Shown: piece after piece, positions 53,542 to 64,000 of the stretch
How the letters are laid out: every line of letters begins with the position of its first letter
Numbering within the stretch: position 1 is the stretch's first letter
Program-made: the position numbers and the translations under genes
The notes under the pieces: model-generated
What the model was told of the DNA's origin: nothing
The model's input: only the letters and a program-made list of their open reading frames with translations
The model's database searches: none
Assembly: GCF_001194135.2 (NCBI RefSeq)
Contig: NC_068985.1
Span: 113,728,444-113,792,443, forward strand
Direction: 5' to 3'
Source: Octopus bimaculoides
Lineage: Eukaryota
DNA length: 64,000 nucleotides

Positions 53542-53572
<31 letters not shown>

Positions 53573-54049
53573 GTTGACGAGTATACATGTGTGTATATAT
53601 ATATATATGAAAGAGAGGGGAGAGAGAGAGTGTGTGTGTTGTGTGTATATGTACGCACAGAAACTGGTTATATACACACATTCGTGTAACCCAGCTCTAG
53701 TGCTGCAAGACAGCAAAACAACACCCATACTACAACTTCTCAAGATGAAATCCTAAGATAGAATAAAAGAAGCCTGAAAGACAAAAACAGTCCAAGTGCA
53801 ATGGAAGATTAGCAATGATGGTGGTAGCAGTGGTGGAAGGTTTAGCTTATCAGAAAACAGAATCAACAACAGTACAAGATGAGAAAGATTATTTCCTATC
53901 TAAGGAATGGTAACGGAGACTCAGGTGAGTGAGGAAGAGTAGGGACAATGGGTAAAGATTATAGTCTGCAGGTAGGTATCTTGAAGGAATATGGAATATG
54001 TGTAATTAATTGTGTTGGGGACAAGGATGTATTCATGTGTAGCTTTCAA

Positions 54050-54110
<61 letters not shown>

Positions 54111-54767
54111 TGGAAGTTTAGGAGTTTGTAAGAAGATGTATGTGGTTAAGGGCCAGCATGAAGAATGTTCACATTGCAACAACCATATATACATAGATAC
54201 ATTCATATGCACACACAGACACATGCATACATAAATATGTGTGTGTGTAACTGTTGTAAGAATATATAAATATATAAATAAACACATGTACATGCATGTG
54301 GGTTTGCACATGGCTCTATGAAAGTATGAATAAGAGAGACATGTGGGTGATAAGACTGATGGGTATAAGTGTTGGCATTGATGTGTGTGTGTGTGTGTGT
54401 GTGTAAGCATGTGTGCATGTATGTGCAAGTGTGTATGCGTGAGCATGTGTTCAAGTGCTTATGCAGTGGTGACGATGTGCGCAATGTACTGCAAATCTTG
54501 AGCGAGTGTTTTGGATATGTCTTATCTGTTATGGAGAAAACTGTTGAAATGTAAATCAAAACATATACACACAAAAGTATATACAGAAAAGATATGCACC
54601 CAAAATGCACACAGGCAAAACATATACATACAAAACATATAAGCACAAGACACACACACACACTAAAATATATATACACACAAAAAAGAGTAATGTGTTA
54701 TTAAAAAACAGATTTCAGCACACCTTTTAAGCTCTTTGTTGAGATTTTAAAGAGAGTGAGAGAGAGA

Positions 54768-54805
<38 letters not shown>

Positions 54806-54858
54806 GGGGATGGCTAGATAGATAGATAAACAGATAGACACAGATAGAAAGGCAGATA

Positions 54859-54911
<53 letters not shown>

Positions 54912-55744
54912 AGTAAGAAAGAGAGATGGATAGATAGATAGGGAGAGAGATGGTGACAAATAGATGAAGCTGTTGTATAGGGATAAAGTCTTAAAAACCA
55001 TGTACAGTTATCTGATAAATAAACATTCACACATAATGTGTCTGCGTAGAATGGAAATGAGGAAAACAATAAATCATAGCCTCAAAAAATTGGAAAATAA
55101 GATAAACAACATTATATCAGTGCAAGAAATAGCAGAAAAAGTAAAAAAAAAAAAAGGGGGGGCCGTTGAAAAACAAAAAAGTGAAAAAAAAAGAAAAAAG
55201 TAAAAGGGTTAGTATACATTCAAGCTTACCCCTTTTTCTGTATGTGAATGTTCCTGTAATTTTGGTTGTATGAATGGGTGCATGGAAAAATGGATGCATG
55301 TGTGTGTGTATGTTCATGTGTATATATAGTGTGTGTAAATGTAGTCTAGGAGTCTATGTAATAATGAGGAAAAAAAAACGTTTGTCAACTTGAAACAAAG
55401 AGGGCTAACAGAACTGAATAAGAAATCTGACACACTCACACACACATGTATATGTATTATATATATATATATATATTTGGTCATTAAGCAACCAGTAATT
55501 AAAATCTCATTTGTCATTCTTCTTTGCTATTATCATAAGGCTGTTTTTTCATAGCTGGATTTTCTATGGGGAGCATTCCCTTGCTTACCCCCAACTTCAG
55601 TTTCTAGACATGAGTGGTCCCGAGACGAAGGCCTCTACCATGATTTTTAAGAAATGTGGTGGAAATCTTGCTCAGGAAGGCAGGGATGCTAGTCCCTGAG
55701 ACCCCTTTCAGAACCCCTCTACCAGGTGAATGAGGTAAATGGAC

Positions 55745-55950
55745 AATGAAAGTGAGGTAGACTGAGGAAAATATGGAGGGGACAGGTGGAGGAGGAGGTT
55801 GGGAAGGTTGGCTTGAGAAGGGAGGACGCCCAAAACCAGGCAAGATGGCGAGATGGTGTGAGGGCAGTTGCTATGGCATTGAGGTAGATCTGGCCACCCC
55901 CATTAACGGGGACAAAACCCGGATTCAAAATGATGGATATGATGATATCA
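55745..55950 (+). mobile_element. RTE-clade LINE 3' end
   Basis: 55756-55887 reads GRLRKIWRGQVEEEVGKVGLRREDAQNQARWRDGVRAVAMALR*, followed by ...ggccacccccattaacggggacaaaacccgg and a decayed (GAT)n tail. Confidence 0.75.
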
Positions 55951-57199
55951 ACTGAATGGGTATATCAATCACAGTATACAATATTATATATAAATCCTCT
56001 TCAGCTTATTTTACCAATTAGTTTTGCACAGTTAACTAAGAGAGTTTTTTTCCCCTTTTTTTTTTCCATACCTTCCATCTCTGAAGAGCATATGGTGTTA
56101 GTCAACCATATTGTTATCTAACACTCACTGCAAAACCGATTCTGAAGATCACCCGAATTGGATCTATAATACTGTATAAATTGATTAACACACACATGCA
56201 TACATATAATATATACATGTGTGTGTGTTATGCATGTGTGCCTGTATCTATGATGTGTGAGCATGTTTGTGTAGTATGTTGGGTGATGTTTGTGTATGTA
56301 CGAGTCTGTTTCTAATGTGATACGTGATTGATGTGTGTAAGCATTTGTCTGTCAATGATGTAATGCATGTGAGTTTCTCTGCATATGATATGATGTGTGT
56401 GAACATGTGATTCTGTATGATATGCTTTGTAAATACATCTGTGCCTGTGAATGGCTGTTCTGTTTATGTTAATAGTAAAACAAAAGAAAAAGTAGGATTT
56501 AAACTTAAAATATATATATTAAAAAAAAACTATAACATTGTAAGGTGTTAAAAGCTGTAAGATATTTTGGTCTGAAGTAATTCTTTGCTAATAAGCTCAA
56601 TAAAGAAAAATTATGTGAAAGAGTGTAATACAATGATGGTGAAGATGGCACTGGTGGTGTTGATGATAGTGATGATGATGGTGGTGGTAGTGGTGATGGT
56701 GATGCTGATCATCATCATCCTCATCATCATCATCTGGATAGTAACAATGATGAAAATGATGATTGATAACATTGATGGACAGGACTATGCTGACAAAGAC
56801 GATGATGATGATGATGACAACAATGATGAACCTAATCAACAAAAGGTAATTAGGAAAATATTAAACTATTTCACAATTAATTCACAAATTAAAAACCAAA
56901 ATAATTGTGTTATTAATTGATTACTTAATCTGTCTATCATTACTGCCTCATTTCTTTCCCTTCCTCCACTAGTTGTAATTTAAAACACCATCACTACTAC
57001 CACCACTACAACTACAACTGCCTGAACAATCATCACCACCACTACTGCCACTACATCCTTTACTATTCTATATCAACATGTTTCTGCAGACACACAAACA
57101 GACATAAAATAACAAAGAACTCTGATTTTCTTCAAGCAATATGGAAAACATTATTGTTTTCATTATTACTGCTACTGTTGTTGCTACTAGTAACAACAA

Positions 57200-57625
57200 T
57201 AATCCTATCTGCTATAGGCACAAGACCAGAAATTTTAGGGGAGGAGACTAGTCGATCACATCGACCCTAGTGTTTCACTAGTACTCAATTTATCGACCCC
57301 GAAGGGATGAAAGACAAAGTCGACCTTGGCAGAATTTGAACTCAGAACGTAGCAACAGACGAAATACCACTAAGCATTTCACTCAGTGTGCTAATGATTC
57401 TGCCTTACTAGTAACAATAACAATGGCTTCAAATTTTGGCACAAAGCCAGCAATTTCAGGGGAGGGGCTAAGTCGATTACATCGACTCCAGTTCTCAACT
57501 GGTACTTATTTTATCAACCTTGAAAGAATGAAAAGCAAAGTAGACCTTGGCAGAACTTGAACTCAGGATGACATACCACTAAGCATTTTGCCCAATGTGC
57601 TAACGATTCTGTTAGCTCGCTACCT
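57200..57625 (-). mobile_element. Two tandem SINE family B copies with different 3' tails
   Basis: Both share the head and core; tails match the 2520 type and the 3010 type. Confidence 0.8.
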
Positions 57626-58499
57626 AATAATAATCCTCTTTATTACAGGCTCAAGGATTGAACATTTTTGCAGAGGGGTAGTCAGTCAATTGAATATACC
57701 GTATTATCTCAAAGCAGTAATGAATGAATAAGTGACAAACAAGGATTGATGTATAATTCTGTTCTTTCTGTAAGTATTATATTTACATGTGTGTTAACTT
57801 ATTCATCAAGATGACTTTGGGAAACCAAAAATTCCATGTGAAACACTGGAGGATTTAGAAAGATAGTGACAATGTTTGAATGTTTACACTACGTGATTAC
57901 ATTATAAACAGTATAAGCTTTTATGCTGGAAAATACGGTATACAAGTATGTATGTAATTTCAAACAAACTAAATGTTAACCCTCACTTTCACCAAATAAA
58001 AGTAATTACTTTTGTAAAACAACAACCATCACGATAAATCCAGAATTTCAAAATAAACAAATAAATAAATAAAAAAAAGTGAAGAGAACAAATATCTGAA
58101 AAACAAGAAAAAAAAATGAAAAAAAAGAAAAAAGATTTTTTTTTTTTGTTTTTTAAAAAAAATATTCTTTGAAAAATTAATGTTATTAAAATCCCAAGAC
58201 AGAACAGATAAGAAAGAGAGGTGACAGATAATAATAAATATGTAATAAAGAATCAGAGCAGAAAAATAAATAGAATTACAGATTTCAATGGAAAGAAAAA
58301 TAACAAAATGAAACTGAGATAAGAACGAGGAACTTATCCACCCCCAAAAACATTACAACAACCACCACCACCACCACCACCACAGCAGCAACAGCCACCA
58401 CTTCCTCTACCACTATCTCTACTACCTCCTGATTTCTACAAAAATAAGAAAGACGGAGTGGATACAGATTTTAATAACACTAATTATTTTTAATAATAA

Positions 58500-58890
58500 T
58501 AATGCTTTCTACTTTCTACTGAAATTTTGAGGGAAGGGGCAAGTTAACTACATTGACCCCAGTACTCAACAGGTACTAATTTTATTGACCCTGAGAAGAT
58601 GTAAGGCAAAGCTAACCTCAGCAGAACTTGAGCTCAGAATGTAAGGCACTAGAAGAAATATCACTAAGCATTTTGTCTGTTGCACTAACAATTTTGCCAG
58701 CTCACTGCCTTAATAATAATAATAATAATAATGGTAATAATAATAATAATAATTTTGCCACAATGACAGCAACTTTGAGGGAGGGGTTAAATTGATTACA
58801 ACCACCTCAGTGTTCAACTGGTACTTATTTTATGGACCCTGAGAGGGTGAAAGGCAAAGTTGATCTTAGCAGAATTTGAATTCAGAATGT
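58500..58890 (-). mobile_element. Two tandem diverged SINE family B copies
   Basis: Same arrangement as 57200-57625. Confidence 0.7.
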
Positions 58891-59419
58891 AAAACTTGTA
58901 TCATTTATAATGTACAGGTACCTGTATTTTTTTCATTATTTAAGTAAATTTAATATTTGTTTAATTGAGAATTTACAGACCCCTAGATTGGAAAATAATT
59001 AATGATTCAGAAAGGCTTTGGACCAAAAGTTCTGGAAAATCAATGTTGTATATGTATTATTCAACAGCTTGGTTTATTGACATATTTCACTACTAATTTT
59101 TTAACTAATGTTTAACTCTTGTAGTTTCCTTATTTAAAGCTTCTTTGTGATTAGTGATAACCTTAAAGCGATCAGATATATATAACACAAGTGAAATAAA
59201 CCAGAAAAGTAAGGTGGAATTAATCATTAAACAATTAATGGTTTTATCATAATATCATTTTAAGATCCTTTGCTGACACTGCAAAATACAACAACAGATT
59301 CAAAAGATGAAGTAGAAAAAATTCTGAAGTCCTAATTATAAAAGACTACTAACAAGGAAATATGAAACTCTTTAATAAAATAGGAGTGAACTTAGAGCCA
59401 TGTCTTTAATATAACACAC

Positions 59420-59800
59420 ACAGACATGTAAGACGCTTGCTGCTCAACCATGTGGTCTCGGGTTCAATCCTACTGCAAGGCACCTTAGGAAAGCATCTTT
59501 TACTACAGCCCCAAGTTGAGTGGATTTGGTAGATGGAAGTTGAAAGAAGCCTTTTGTGCGAGTGCGTGCATGTGCTGGTATGTGGTGTGTGTGTCTATGT
59601 GTGCTTGAACCCCATCACTACTTGGCAACCCATGTTGGTTTGTTTACTTCTCCGTAACTTCATAGCTTAGCAAAAAGAAGCTGATAGAATAAGTACCCAT
59701 CTTGGAATAAAAAAGTTCTGGAGCCAATTTGTTTGACTAAGTCCTTTAAGGTGATGCCCTACTATGGCAGCAGACTAATGACTGAAACAAAATAAAAGAT
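59420..59800 (+). mobile_element. SINE family A, diverged
   Basis: Colinear with 33564-33943. Confidence 0.7.
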
Positions 59801-60133
59801 ATGCACACACATGCACATACACACACGTGATCCGCCCCACCCCCTCGACTGCAGCTATTAAACAGGAAATAATCATTCCATCATCATATGAAGCGGGATT
59901 TGATATTTGAAACTGAAATTAGGGAGAGGCATAGAATTTGCAAATTTTTTTTTGTTTACTGAATAAGAATTTCTTAAATTTTCTAGTCATCAATAAACAT
60001 GTAAACTACTATTTCATTCTTTTTAGAAATCATCAGCATGATGTAACTTGTTAATCAAACATCTTACGAGGTGAAACATTTCATTAAAGATGGGAATTAT
60101 ATACTATCTATCTCTTTCTCTCTATATATATAT

Positions 60134-60540
60134 ACTCTTTACTCTTTTACTTGTTTCAGTCATTTGACTGTAGCCATGCTGGAGCATTGCCTTTAGTTGT
60201 GCAAATCGACCCCAGGATTTATTCTTTGTAAGCCTAGTACTTATTCTACTGGTCTCTTTTGCCGAACCGCTAAGTCATAGGGACGCAAACACACCAGCAT
60301 CGGTTGTCAAGCGGTGTTGGGGGGACAAACACAGACACACAAACATATACACACACACATACATATACATATATACGACAGGCTTCTTTCAGTTTCCATC
60401 TACCAAATCCACTCACAAGGCTTTGGTCGGCCCGAGGCTATAGTAGAAGACATTTGCCCAAGATGCCACACAGTGGGACTGAACCCGGAACCATGTGGTT
60501 CGTTAGCAAGCTACTTACCACACAGCCACTCCTATGCCTA
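60134..60540 (-). mobile_element. SINE family A, full-length, low divergence
   Basis: Near-identical to 10160-10580. Confidence 0.9.
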
Positions 60541-61009
60541 TATATATATAAATACACACACACAGAGAGGCATATATAAAATCACTGTCTTTGCATCCAA
60601 TTTTTCATACTGTTATGGCTCAGATGAAATTTAATGAGGTAAGTTTACTAAGGCTGGATACACTTCCCATCATCAACACTTTCCAGTTTCCAAGAATAGC
60701 AATATGTCTCCTAGCCTTCCAAACAAGGCAAGCTGGACATGTAACAGATAATAAGACACTGTTGCATAGATGGTGTTGTTGTTTTAAACTATTTTATGCA
60801 AACAATGCCAAGACAACAAGAGACAGAAACAAACACATTCATGCATACGCGAAAGTCTGTCTGTGTATATATAATTTGTGTACACACACATGCACACATA
60901 TTCATACAGTTATGAGTGTGGATTTTATGTATACATTTGATTGAGTGGCTTTATGTGTGTGTATGTGTGTGAGTGTGAGAGAGAGTGCATTTCTGTGTAT
61001 ATATATATA

Positions 61010-61202
61010 TGTAACCTCGTGGGCATCGGTACCATTTTCCTCTTTCTCCGTTCTTCCATTCTCCGAACTTTCCATCTTTCCGACGAAGGGCTACGCCCGA
61101 AACGTCATACACTCTCTCTTTCCTTTCCTGAGCGTCCAATAATACTATCCATATCACGTCCTCACTTTGTTGTTTTTTTGTTTTTTTGTTATTGTGTTTT
61201 TG

Positions 61203-61205
<3 letters not shown>
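61010..61205 (+). mobile_element. Penelope-like terminal repeat fragment with hammerhead-like motif at 61080-61106
   Basis: CCGACGA-A-GGGC-tac-GCCC-GAAA-CGTC in a pyrimidine-rich context, bounded by (TA)n. Confidence 0.55.
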
Positions 61206-61265
<60 letters not shown>

Positions 61266-61943
61266 TGCATTTTATACACACATGCTCGTTTAAAATTGTG
61301 TGTGTTTTATACATACATACACACACATATAATGTATGCATTTTACATATAGATTGTGTAAGTAGATGTGTGTGTGTGTGTATGTATGCGTATGTATGTG
61401 CATACACACATGAATTTTACCATAAACACATACACACACACACACATAAAAAATTGTATTTAGATTCAGTAAACAGAATGTTTCCACTGAGGTATTTCCT
61501 TTAGCTATCATGTGGCACACACACACACAACACTCCATTCATGTAGCTGTATACACATATTCTCTCTTTCTCTCTCTCTCTCTCACACATACACAATGGA
61601 GACAGGCGTCTGATAGGCAGGCAGGCAGGCAGGCAAGCAGACACACAGACAAACAAAGAGATGGAGAAAATTAAATAAAAGTTTGCAAAGTAATTAAAAC
61701 ACTTCTGCAGGCTGTAAAAATGGTTAATTCCCCCATGGAACTATTTTTCACTCATCACTCCTTTCATAATTGCTATCAGCACCATCATCAACATAGCCAC
61801 TCCAGTGATTATTATTATTATGAAAGAAATTATTATTATTATAAACATTATTCTTATTATTCTTATTATTTTATCAGATTGTTATTGTTTCACATTACTA
61901 TTTTTAACTCATAAATGATATTGTCTGTATGTATGAGTGTGTG

Positions 61944-62002
<59 letters not shown>

Positions 62003-62339
62003 GCATGTATGTATATATGTGTGCATATATATAAATATCTGCATGTATTTAGCAGTGCTAAATAAACAAAAACTCACACATGCACATAACTCCAAAATGT
62101 TTCTTCTATATGTTATGTGCTAATCTATATTAAAAACTATTTATTGCAATGTCTGACTTTCTAGCCCTTGAGGCAAATAAAGAAAAAAAAGATTGCAATG
62201 GTGTTATATTGCATTATTATTTGCATTTCCCATACTTTGTTATGTATATATATATTAGACAATACATTTATATAATCTTTATATTTTACTTAATTCTTCA
62301 GTCACTGTGTATAATAGCCCATCATGGTTTTAGTTAATG

Positions 62340-62560
62340 CATGTTTACAACTTAACTGTCTTTATTTTTTTACTTTAAATATTTCTCCTGATGAAGGACG
62401 ATTGTCTAAAACGTCAAGACTCCTTTTCTTCCTTTCAAACATTAAATACACTATTTTAAAAAAATTTGTCTCTCTCATATTTGTCTTGTGATGCCTAAAC
62501 GTTTGTATCTCTGACTTACATCACTTGATTATTCCATTATTCCATACAATATGTTCCAAC
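62340..62560 (+). mobile_element. Decayed Penelope-like terminal repeat with mutated hammerhead at 62388-62415
   Basis: CTGATGA-A-GGAC-gatt-GTCT-AAAA-CGTC; CCGAAA to CTAAAA is consistent with CpG decay. Confidence 0.45.
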
Positions 62561-62599
62561 ATTTATTTTTAATAATATTTTCCTCTTCCAAAATTTGTA

Positions 62600-63206
62600 T
62601 AAATTTAACTGTCCATCAAAATTTCATGTTAATTCCTAATCTTCATCAAAATTGATTGAAACAAAAACTGTATTATTTTCAACATAAATATGGTAAGAAG
62701 GATGAAAGTGATCTAAATTAAAACCATCTGCTATCAAAATTCATGTTAATTCATGTGCCTAACATCAGCTTAATAATGACAAACTTATTCTACTAAATTC
62801 TTCATTATTTAAAAAAATTAATTGAAACAGAGGCAGAATTATTTTCAACATAAATATGGTAACACAAGCGTTAAAGTGAACTAAACAAAAACTCTCTCCC
62901 ATCAAAATTCACATTAATTTATATTCCAAACACCAGTTTAATAATGACAATATTTTACAAAGTTCCTTCATTATTTTCGAAATCAATTTTAACAAAACCA
63001 GTGTATTTCAATAGAAATATAGTAGCATAAGTATTAAGGTGATCTAAATTAAAACTTTCCAACAAAATTTCATGATATCTTCAAAACATCAACTTAATAA
63101 CATCAAAATTAATTTACTAAATTCCTAATTATTTGCCAAATTAACTGAAACAAAAGCAGTGCTTTTAAATATTTTTTCAACAAAAACACGGTAACAAAAT
63201 GGTTAA
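62600..63206 (+). repeat. Tandem array, ~163-169-bp unit, ~3.6 copies, derived from the TTAA-bounded MITE
   Basis: Units start agtgatctaaattaaaa... and meet at TGAA 62703 and TTAA 62871, 63034, 63203. Confidence 0.8.
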
Positions 63207-63876
63207 GTATTTTGTAGTTATCTGGTGCAAAGATGACAAACAGGTGTGTAATTATGAAATGACATTGTGATTAAGTTTTCTTACAGTATGGTTACTGTAG
63301 TAGAAATGATATTGATTGGCATGGTTGAGGTGGTAGTAGCAGTAATTTATGAGATATAGTGGTGGTTGTTGTATTGATGATAGCAGTTGTAGTGGTAGAG
63401 GTGGTGGTGGTGGTGGTGGTGGTGGTTGTAACAATGGAATATGATAGTAGTGATGGTTGAAGTAGAGAGGGTGATGCTAGCTGTGGCGGTTGTAGTAGTA
63501 ATGGTGATAGCAGTTGGGGTAGAGGTGATGATGGTAGTGGTGGTTGCTGTTTTTGTCACTGCTACTCGTATTATAGTGCCAAAGTTGTAGCTGTTGTTGC
63601 TGTTATCGATTAGCAAAGAGAGGAAGACAAATAGACAGATTGTTGAAAGTATGGAAGGAAATAACTGCAACAAGACATACAAACATATTACTGTTTTACA
63701 ATTTGTAAACAGGAAGGAGAGAGAAAGTGAGGGAGAGAGAAAGAGAGGGAGAGAGTAAGTTGGTATAAAGAGTGAAGGAAGTGTGTGGGAAAATTTACCT
63801 TTGCAACCTCTTTAAAGATATGCAAACGAAATAAGAACACACACACACACACACACACATGTATATACAAACATTA

Positions 63877-63907
<31 letters not shown>

Positions 63908-63938
63908 AACATTAATATATACATATACACACACATTC

Positions 63939-63987
<49 letters not shown>

Positions 63988-64000
63988 AACATCTATATAT

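Overview
Eukaryotic, AT-rich, microsatellite-saturated genomic DNA with seven N-gaps. The repeat content (tRNA-derived SINEs with CORE-like and other central domains, (GAT)n-tailed RTE-like elements, TTAA-bounded MITEs) looks like octopus; that assignment is inferred from remembered repeat families and was not searched. The only protein-coding signal I can support is three short minus-strand exons (33077-33185, 22535-22639, 11272-11373). They splice in frame into a plexin ectodomain segment: second PSI domain, CPRI linker and following Ig-like region. They are separated by ~10-11 kb introns, and I found no convincing exon in the 31 kb upstream, so ~99.5% of the window is probably intron. Almost all ORFs in the supplied track are artefacts of microsatellites or SINEs. 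The most interesting non-coding structure: (i) a 244-bp multi-jump templated insertion inside a SINE that creates a 150-bp hairpin and a perfect 162-bp inverted repeat; (ii) Penelope-type terminal repeats with minimal hammerhead-ribozyme folds and variant cores; (iii) a ~250-bp fold-back with mirrored microsatellites; (iv) a candidate 3-nt microexon or recursive splice site; (v) inverted young SINEs bracketing the three exons; (vi) a repeat-free block with nine same-strand TCAATT motifs; (vii) nested and tandem TTAA-bounded elements; (viii) a decayed HERO-type RLE LINE end. No CRISPR array, rRNA or bona fide tRNA gene was seen.
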